A DNA stretch of 32,000 nucleotides from Patescibacteria group bacterium (GTDB lineage Bacteria; Patescibacteriota; Patescibacteriia; 2-01-FULL-39-33), in NCBI GenBank assembly GCA_041649575.1, contig JBAZMW010000005.1:1-32000 (forward strand), given 5' to 3'. The notes under the pieces are model-generated. The model did not search any database. It was not told where the DNA came from and saw only the letters and a list, made by a program, of their open reading frames with translations. A program made the position numbers and the translations under genes. Positions 25,746 through 32,000 of the stretch are shown here, one piece after another. Position 1 is the first letter of the stretch, and each line of letters starts with the position of its first letter.

Positions 25746-28160
25746 ATGCCTTTTAATGAAAGAAAAACCGAAAGTATTGTCAGAAAAACATTAGAGCAAT
25801 ATAAGGAGATATATGAAAAAGACACGGAAAAGTGTATTTTTATTGAAGAACAAAAATCAGATAATCCCATTATTCAAAAATTGTTAAAAACAGCATCTAA
25901 AAGAGGGGACGGAACGGGATACCCAGAATTTATAGTTAGTTTTCAGGATAGTAATTTGATTATAGTTATTGAATGCAAGGCAGACATTGGGAGCCATAAA
26001 AGTAAAAATCTTAATCAATTTAGTAAGTATGCGGTGGATGGTGCCCTATTATATTCTTCTTATTTATCAAAAGAATTTGATATTATTTCGATTGGCGTTT
26101 CTGGTGAAAATTCAACAGAAATGCTCGTTGATACATTCCTACAACTCAGGGGAGAAAAAAACGCAAGAGATTTAAATATAAAAAAGCTTTATGACTTTGG
26201 AAGCTATTTTAATGTTTTCAAAAATGATGCCATCAAAGAAGAGAATGACTTTGTAAAGTTAATGAAGTATTCTAACACTTTGAATCAAAATCTGAGAGAT
26301 AATTTTGAATTTGAAGAGAATGTAAGGCCTTTAATTGTTAGCGGGATACTGCTCGCCCTTGAGGATGAAAGCTTTGTAGTTTCATATAAAAATAAACAAA
26401 AGCCATCAGAGATAGCAAATTTAATTATAACCACCATAAAAGAGAGATTGGAACGCGATAATATTAAGGGCGCCAAGTTAGAAACGATTATTCAAACATA
26501 TGGCTTCGTTAGAACTAATACAAAAATAATAAACGATAGAGATAAAGATGGAACCCCAAATACTCATTTAAAAAATTTGATTAGAGAGATTGAGGATAAC
26601 GTTAGGCCATTTTTGCGGGATTACAAACAGTATGATATTATGGGGAGATTTTATAATGAGTTTTTAAGATATGCCAATGGAGATGGGGGGCTTGGTATTG
26701 TTTTAACTCCCAAGCACATAACGGAATTATTTATAGAGCTTGCGGAAGTAAATAAGGATACCGTAGTCATTGATAATTGTTGTGGAACGGGAGGGTTTCT
26801 AATAAGCGCAATGAAAAGAATGGAAGATTTAGCCAATGGAGATAAGACAAAAATCAAGGAAATACACACCAAACAACTGATAGGGATTGAGGATAACCCA
26901 AAAATGTTCTGCCTCGCATGTTCTAATATGATGTTAAGAGGTGATGGAAAATCAAATATTTTTCAACAAGATTGTTTTCAAATAGATGAATCTGAGGTAA
27001 AGAGGTTAAAACCGACGGTCGCCCTACTCAACCCTCCATACTCAAAAGAAAATGGCCATAAAGAGCTGGAGTTTGTATGGAATGCACTATCTCTATTAGA
27101 GCCCCATGGAACTTGCATCGCAATTGTTCCACAATCTTGCGCCATGAATACTAAAAAGGGCAATGAGAATGTTAAGGAAAGGATACTTAAACACCATACT
27201 CTTGTAGCGGTTATGAGTATGCCCAACACACTTTTCGACGACAGTGAAAAAAGTTCTGTAACCTGCGTCATGGTTTTTGAAGCCCATAAGCCCCACGGTG
27301 AAAATACTAAAACGTGGTTTGGTTATTGGAAAGAAGATGGTTTTAAGAAAAAAAGACCATATGGAAGAATTGACTATTATGGAACATATGGAAAAGAAAT
27401 AAAAAGCTTTTGGCTCGATAGTTATTTTAATAAGAAAGAAATTAAGGGATTTTCAGTTTTAGAGCATGTTAGTTCCGAAGATGAATGGTTAGTTGAGCCC
27501 TATCTTAAGACGGAATTTGAAGAATTGAATGATTGTGATTTTATAGATTATTTGAAGGAATATACAACCTTTCTTTATTATAATAAATTAACTAAGATGG
27601 TATCGATTGACAGCTATAATAAAGATAGATTAAAATTAGATTTCAACAATTGGCAACCCATACAATTGGGCTGGAATGAAAATAATCAAGGGGGGTTGTT
27701 TGAGATAATTGGCTCAAAAACTTCAAATAAAAAAATTTTAGACAAAGTAAATATTGCTGGAAATAGAATATATCCATATGTTACAACTCAGGCGACAAAC
27801 AATGGAATTAGAGATTGGTATAACATTTATACTGACGACGGGAACGTTTTAACTATTGATAGTGCCGTTGTTGGATATTGTGCATATCAACCATTAAATT
27901 TTACTGCCAGCGACCATGTAGAAAAATTATTACCAAAATTCGAGTTGAATGTATTTAGGGCAATATTTTTAGCTACAATTATAAATTTAGAGCAAAAAAA
28001 AATATCCTACGGTAGAAAATTTAATCAAAGCAGAATAAAAAATACAATAATTAAACTTCCATTTAAAAGCGGGATTGTAGATTGGGAGTTTATTGAAAAC
28101 TATATCAAAGGATTGCCATATTCTAAACATTTAGAATTGAATGTGGTTAAAGTTTCTTAA
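25746..28160 (+). CDS. Restriction-modification fusion: N-terminal HsdR_N-like nuclease, N6-adenine methylase, C-terminal specificity (TRD) region; Type IIG-like
   Basis: 'YPEFIVSFQDSNLIIVIECKAD' (PD-ExK like), 'VVIDNCCGTGGFLISAMKRM' (SAM motif I), 'ALLNPPYSKENGHKELEFVWNAL' (NPPY), 'GTCIAIVPQS', and a C-terminal TRD-like 'NNWQPIQLG...GGLFEIIGSKTSNKKILDKVNIAGNRIYPYVTTQATNNGI'. Confidence 0.87.
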   Translation: MPFNERKTESIVRKTLEQYKEIYEKDTEKCIFIEEQKSDNPIIQKLLKTASKRGDGTGYPEFIVSFQDSNLIIVIECKADIGSHKSKNLNQFSKYAVDGALLYSSYLSKEFDIISIGVSGENSTEMLVDTFLQLRGEKNARDLNIKKLYDFGSYFNVFKNDAIKEENDFVKLMKYSNTLNQNLRDNFEFEENVRPLIVSGILLALEDESFVVSYKNKQKPSEIANLIITTIKERLERDNIKGAKLETIIQTYGFVRTNTKIINDRDKDGTPNTHLKNLIREIEDNVRPFLRDYKQYDIMGRFYNEFLRYANGDGGLGIVLTPKHITELFIELAEVNKDTVVIDNCCGTGGFLISAMKRMEDLANGDKTKIKEIHTKQLIGIEDNPKMFCLACSNMMLRGDGKSNIFQQDCFQIDESEVKRLKPTVALLNPPYSKENGHKELEFVWNALSLLEPHGTCIAIVPQSCAMNTKKGNENVKERILKHHTLVAVMSMPNTLFDDSEKSSVTCVMVFEAHKPHGENTKTWFGYWKEDGFKKKRPYGRIDYYGTYGKEIKSFWLDSYFNKKEIKGFSVLEHVSSEDEWLVEPYLKTEFEELNDCDFIDYLKEYTTFLYYNKLTKMVSIDSYNKDRLKLDFNNWQPIQLGWNENNQGGLFEIIGSKTSNKKILDKVNIAGNRIYPYVTTQATNNGIRDWYNIYTDDGNVLTIDSAVVGYCAYQPLNFTASDHVEKLLPKFELNVFRAIFLATIINLEQKKISYGRKFNQSRIKNTIIKLPFKSGIVDWEFIENYIKGLPYSKHLELNVVKVS

Positions 28161-28165
28161 TAAAA

Positions 28166-29284
28166 TTGACTATGTATAATATAAATAAAAAAGACCACAA
28201 ATTAGAGCCCATAGAAAAAATATCTTTGAGGGTTGTTGGCATAAGAGAAAGAAAAGATTTACAGGAATGGATTGCTAAAAATCCTGAAATTTTGGGGGAG
28301 GAACTTTTAATAATTCAGAAAGAATTTGATGGCTTTAATGATACCAATGAAAGATTGGATTTATTGGCTTTAGATAAACAAGGAAACTTGGTTGTTATCG
28401 AAAATAAATTGGATGATTCTGGGCGCGATGTTGTGTGGCAAGTTTTGAAATACGCCTCTTACTGTTCGAGTTTGAATAGTCAAAATATTAAGGATGTTTT
28501 TAACCAATATTTAATAAATAATGGGCGCGAAGGAACGGCAGAAAAGATTTTTGAGGAATTTTTCAATAATGAGGACTATGAAGACAAGCTAAACAATGGA
28601 AATTCCCAAAGAATAATAATGGTATCTGGAGAATTTCGTAAAGAAGCTACGTCAACGGTTTTATGGTTGCTAAATTTCGGGTTAAGGATTCAATGTTTTC
28701 AGGCATCAACCCACAAATTAGGTGACCAATTATTTTTTAATATTGAGCAAATCATCCCCATGAAGGGCGCCGAAGAGTATGCCATAAGCATGGCCAATAA
28801 GAATTTAGATGAATTGAGCACGCAAGAAGAGTTAAAAAACAGACATTATAAAAGATTAGAATTTTGGACTCAATTTTTAAGAGAAATAAATAAACATAAT
28901 GACCTGTGTAGTAACGTTAGCCCGAGTAGAGACAGTTGGATATCTATTGCAATTGGGATGGGGGGAGTAAGTTTAAATATTGTTATTTCTAAGAATTATG
29001 CCAGAGCCGAAATATATATAAACAGGGGCGACCAGAATGAAAATAAAAAGTTTTTTGACTATTTTTTTAATAATAAGGAAAAAATCGAAGGAGAATTTGG
29101 AAGTTCTTTAATATGGGAGCGAATGGATAATAAAATTACCTCAAGAATAAAATGTCAATTGGACGGCGTAAACGCCCATGAAAAAGAGGATTGGGATAAA
29201 ATAAATCAATTTTTAATTGACGTTGTCGAACGTATGGAAAAAGTTTTTAAAAAACAAGTGAGAGAGTTAAGAGCCCAAATTTAA
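28166..29284 (+). CDS. NucS/DUF91-like nuclease domain plus DUF4268-like C-terminal domain
   Basis: 'NPEILGEELLIIQKEFDGFNDTNERLDLLALDKQGNLVVIENKLDDSGRDVVWQVLKYASYCS' (D...ExK core); C-terminal 'KNRHYKRLEFWTQFLREIN...ISIAIG'. Confidence 0.78.
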   Translation: MTMYNINKKDHKLEPIEKISLRVVGIRERKDLQEWIAKNPEILGEELLIIQKEFDGFNDTNERLDLLALDKQGNLVVIENKLDDSGRDVVWQVLKYASYCSSLNSQNIKDVFNQYLINNGREGTAEKIFEEFFNNEDYEDKLNNGNSQRIIMVSGEFRKEATSTVLWLLNFGLRIQCFQASTHKLGDQLFFNIEQIIPMKGAEEYAISMANKNLDELSTQEELKNRHYKRLEFWTQFLREINKHNDLCSNVSPSRDSWISIAIGMGGVSLNIVISKNYARAEIYINRGDQNENKKFFDYFFNNKEKIEGEFGSSLIWERMDNKITSRIKCQLDGVNAHEKEDWDKINQFLIDVVERMEKVFKKQVRELRAQI

Positions 29285-29300
29285 GCCAATCTTAATAATT

Positions 29301-30767
29301 ATGAAACGCATAGTAGCAACTGATTTTTATAATTATACTAAATGTAAATATTTGGTATATCTCGAAAAAAATGGAGACCAAAAGTCAAAAGACAGGGTCT
29401 CCGATTTTGTTAAAATGCTTTGGTATAGGGGTATTCAACATGAAAAGGAAATAATAGAGAAAATTGCCAAAGATAAAAACAAAAACTTTGCCGAAGTTGA
29501 TAAAAATAAAAAAGCTAATCAGGAAACTTTTGAGCAAACTTTAGAATTAATGAAAAGGGGCGTTGATTATATTTATCAGGGAGTTTTAATTAGTGATAAT
29601 TATATCGGCAGGCCGGATTTAATGGAAAAAGTTGATGGCAAATCTATATTCGGCAATTATTATTATATTCCGATTGATATAAAAGCGGGTAGGGGTTATG
29701 AGGGCGAGGAATTTGATGATGAGAGGACGAAACTGTCATATAAGCTCCAAATAACGTTTTATGCCCTGTTATTGGGCAAAATACAGGCCTATCAGCCAGA
29801 AATGGGGAAAATTATCAATATAGACAAGGAGGAACTGGAATATAAACTGGACACGCAAGATGAGAAATTTGTTGCTTATTTCCAAGACATTGAATTAATG
29901 GCAAGGGGCGAAGAGCTATATCAGCCGACCATCAGCGGGAAATGCGGAATGTGCCAATGGAAAACATATTGTAAAAACTGGGCTGATAAGAATAAAGATT
30001 TGTCATTAATTTATTATTTAGGAGAACAAAAATACGGCCTGCAAAGTTATGGTATTAATAGCTATGAAGATTTATTAAAACATCCCCTTGGTGAATGGTT
30101 GGATATTTTGCCAACAGCTAAAAAACAGGGTTACTTTAAGGGGATAGCAGAAAAAAGTTTAACTAATTTTTATAATCGGGCTTTGGTTTATATTAGTGGG
30201 AAAGAGGTAATCTATAATAAGATAGATTTTCCATCGGGAAGCAAGGAAATACATTTTGATATTGAAGATGACCCAACGCAAGATATAGTTTATATGTTTG
30301 GATTTTGGATTATAGATAATGGCAAGGGTTATTATCATGCTATTGTAGCTGAAAACATAAACGGAGAAGAAAAAGCCACTCGGGAATTGTGGGAGTTTTT
30401 AAAAATAAACCAAGGTATTCCGATGTATCACTACTCCCATCATGAAAAAAGCACGTTGAGACGGTTGCAGGAAAAATATAGTTTAGACCCGTCTGTTTAT
30501 GAGCAATTTTTAAATGACGCCTTTGATTTATATAGCGCAGTAACAAAAAATACCGATTTTCCTTTGACCAGCTATGGTCTCAAGGCAATTTGTAAACATC
30601 TTGGATTTCATTGGAGTGCTGAGGACGCTGGCGGAGCCAATTCTATTGAGTGGTATTCAAAATACTTGGCGGGAGATAAATCAATGATGGATAAAATTTT
30701 AAAATACAATGAGGAGGACTGTAAGGCGACCGCTTATTTAAAGGATTATTTAATTTATGCAAAGTAG
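29301..30767 (+). CDS. TM0106-type RecB/Cas4-like nuclease fused to an RNase H/DEDD-like (YprB-type) domain
   Basis: 'VATDFYNYTKCKYLVYLE' and 'CGMCQWKTYCKNW' Fe-S-type cysteines, 'YIPIDIKAG' nuclease Lys, then 'KEIHFDIEDDPTQDIVYMFGF', 'MYHYSHHEKSTLRRLQEKY', 'ILKYNEEDCKATAYLKDYL'. Confidence 0.85.
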   Translation: MKRIVATDFYNYTKCKYLVYLEKNGDQKSKDRVSDFVKMLWYRGIQHEKEIIEKIAKDKNKNFAEVDKNKKANQETFEQTLELMKRGVDYIYQGVLISDNYIGRPDLMEKVDGKSIFGNYYYIPIDIKAGRGYEGEEFDDERTKLSYKLQITFYALLLGKIQAYQPEMGKIINIDKEELEYKLDTQDEKFVAYFQDIELMARGEELYQPTISGKCGMCQWKTYCKNWADKNKDLSLIYYLGEQKYGLQSYGINSYEDLLKHPLGEWLDILPTAKKQGYFKGIAEKSLTNFYNRALVYISGKEVIYNKIDFPSGSKEIHFDIEDDPTQDIVYMFGFWIIDNGKGYYHAIVAENINGEEKATRELWEFLKINQGIPMYHYSHHEKSTLRRLQEKYSLDPSVYEQFLNDAFDLYSAVTKNTDFPLTSYGLKAICKHLGFHWSAEDAGGANSIEWYSKYLAGDKSMMDKILKYNEEDCKATAYLKDYLIYAK

Positions 30768-31044
30768 ATTATCAAAAATTGAAAAAAGATTACTCGAAAT
30801 TGATGAGGAAAAAGAGTTTGGAGTTTATAACTATGGCGAGAATTTAACTGGAAATTTTGATGATGAAATTGAGAAAAGCCGTATTTTACATTTTGATATA
30901 GAGAAAAATAAGCTACAAATGGAAAGGCAATTTATACTTGACGGGAGGAACGGTTGGTGGTTTAGAATCGTCTGGGATATGGTAGTCCCTATAATTATTA
31001 CCCTTATAACAATATTTTGTTATTTAAAGTTTGGGATAAAATAA
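30757..31044 (+). CDS. Small protein with N-terminal coiled coil and C-terminal transmembrane segment
   Basis: 95 aa overlapping the upstream gene by 11 nt; 'KIEKRLLEIDEEKE' and 'WWFRIVWDMVVPIIITLITIFCYLKFGI'. Confidence 0.7.
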   Translation: MQSRLSKIEKRLLEIDEEKEFGVYNYGENLTGNFDDEIEKSRILHFDIEKNKLQMERQFILDGRNGWWFRIVWDMVVPIIITLITIFCYLKFGIK

Positions 31045-31152
31045 TTTTTTTCCAAATTAAATTTTGCCATAGCCAATTAGGCCAAGATATTCAAACCATT
31101 TCTTAATATCATAAATAATCGGGTTTAAATTCTCAATACAGTAGTGTACCAG

Positions 31153-31177
31153 TAAAACAAAAGCACCATAAGTCTGG
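31153..31177 (+). terminator. Weak terminator-like hairpin downstream of the defence-like cassette
   Basis: CACCA-TAAGTC-TGGTG followed by TTTTTGTTTTTTTT-like tract; exact edges approximate. Confidence 0.5.
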
Positions 31178-31212
31178 TGTTTTTGTTTTTTTTATGTAAA
31201 AATTTTTATAGA

Positions 31213-31251
31213 ATAAAAAAAGAAAGTCCACGCGTGCTCATCGCGTGGACC
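31213..31251 (-). terminator. Rho-independent terminator for the minus-strand CDS at the right edge
   Basis: GTCCACGCG (31227-31235) / CGCGTGGAC (31243-31251). Read on the minus strand it is followed by TTTCTTTTTTTATTC. Confidence 0.8.
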
Positions 31252-31272
31252 GGGTTGTTGTACATTCGGGGA

Positions 31273-32000
31273 TCAGGTCGGGATCTGAAAGCCTCCTCGC
31301 TGATTCCGTTTGATCCTTTTCGACCCAAGGAGCCTCTTTATGGCCGCCCTTATCTGCCGGTTGACCTTGACCGTCGACAGGCTTCTGTCGAACAGCCAAT
31401 GGGTGGTTCCCAGTTCGGCCAGATTGTCCAGCAGGTACTTGTCGTCGACAGGCAGATCAGTATCAACCGCCAAGGCCTCATTGATCGCCTCGATCACAGC
31501 CGCGTCGCAGTCCGCCTCGGTCTCAATGAATCGTCTCGATGGCGGTTTGGAGTCTGACGGCGGATTGGGCTCGGATTTCCTTGGTGGCTTGGACTTTCTC
31601 GGCGGCTTGGGATCTGACGGCGGATCGGGATCGGGCTCTGGCTCGGGATCGGGCTTGGCCCTTTTTCCTTTCTTGATCACGCCGTTTTCCAGATGCATCT
31701 CGCCGGCCGGCTCCATAAAACTGAAAAGAACCTGCCGTACTTGGTTTTCGACAATCGTCGATCCTATCGTGGACACGTCGTAGCCGTATGTTGCCGCGTT
31801 CTTGGATATTGCTTCAAGCAATTCCTCGAACGTCAGGTTCCAAACAAACTGCTCCTCGACAGCCAAGACCAGCCTTCTCCAGTCATCGGAGACTTTCCCT
31901 GGATCAGTGGAATTCCTCGGCGTTTTCAGCCGGATGCTCCTGTCTCTCTCGCCCTTTTTAGGGGCGGCTACGAAAGGGGCGAGCGATTCCTCCTTCGACC
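31273..32000 (-). CDS. Hypothetical protein with Pro/Asp/Glu/Lys-rich linker; 5' end outside the window
   Basis: The reading frame is open from the track TTG start (31866) to the window edge (...SKEESLAPFVAAPKKGERDRSIRLKTPRNSTDPGKVSDDWRRLVLAVEEQFVWN), so the gene is probably truncated. Internal linker 'KPDPEPEPDPDPPSDPKPPRKSKPPRKSEPNPPSDSKPP'. Confidence 0.65.
   Translation of the reverse strand, partial: SKEESLAPFVAAPKKGERDRSIRLKTPRNSTDPGKVSDDWRRLVLAVEEQFVWNLTFEELLEAISKNAATYGYDVSTIGSTIVENQVRQVLFSFMEPAGEMHLENGVIKKGKRAKPDPEPEPDPDPPSDPKPPRKSKPPRKSEPNPPSDSKPPSRRFIETEADCDAAVIEAINEALAVDTDLPVDDKYLLDNLAELGTTHWLFDRSLSTVKVNRQIRAAIKRLLGSKRIKRNQRGGFQIPT

Larger units (their letters stand above)
21168..31100. 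mobile_element. Putative integrative element inserted at tRNA-Glu; right boundary not determined
   Basis: tRNA-adjacent serine recombinase, replication-initiator-like gene, orphan genes and an RM/nuclease cassette. Composition is visibly more AT-rich than both flanks, especially after 24.3 kb. Confidence 0.65.

Noticed and set aside
29301-30767. Cas4 of a CRISPR adaptation module
   Set aside because: The nuclease is fused to an RNase H-like domain and no cas1, cas2 or array lies nearby; the TM0106-type family fits better.
31040-31260. Right attachment site (attR) with a tRNA-Glu 3' end duplicate
   Set aside because: I looked for a copy of GGTTCGATTCCCCGTGGCGGTA in the right flank and found none. 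Serine integrases can leave only a few shared bases, so eye inspection is not decisive.
31177-31783. + strand ORFs 31177-31557 and 31310-31783
   Set aside because: They overlap the minus-strand linker protein antisense. Gly/Ser-rich translation mirrors the Pro-rich codons, and the first ORF crosses the minus-strand terminator.

Overview
The window looks like a Patescibacteria/CPR-type bacterial chromosome segment (taxonomy is my inference) carrying an inserted accessory block. From 1 to about 21.1 kb it is dense housekeeping content: a 5'-truncated S74-type surface protein, thioredoxin, malic enzyme, thioredoxin reductase, RNase HII, a methyltransferase, a radical SAM/SPASM protein, YraN, NusA, archaeal-type phosphoglycerate mutase, membrane pyrophosphatase, trigger factor, GalE, endonuclease IV, a metallophosphoesterase, a YggU-like protein, a VanW-like protein, Hsp20 and a GIY-YIG protein. 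At 21097-21168 there is a tRNA-Glu(TTC). A large serine recombinase on the minus strand runs antisense into its 3' half, which suggests an element integrated at the tRNA. The AT-rich accessory block that follows (about 21.17-31.1 kb) has a probable phage/plasmid gene II/X-like replication initiator, an orphan protein with a possible winged-helix C-terminus, and a compact four-gene + strand cassette. The cassette encodes (1) a nuclease-N6-methylase-specificity fusion resembling Type IIG/BcgI enzymes, (2) a NucS/DUF91-like plus DUF4268-like nuclease candidate, (3) a TM0106-type Cas4/RecB-like plus RNase H/DEDD-like fusion, and (4) a small coiled-coil/transmembrane protein. This cassette is the best candidate for an undescribed defence system. 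A GC-richer region with an unknown minus-strand CDS continues past the right edge. All family assignments come from motifs read by eye; no database search was run.
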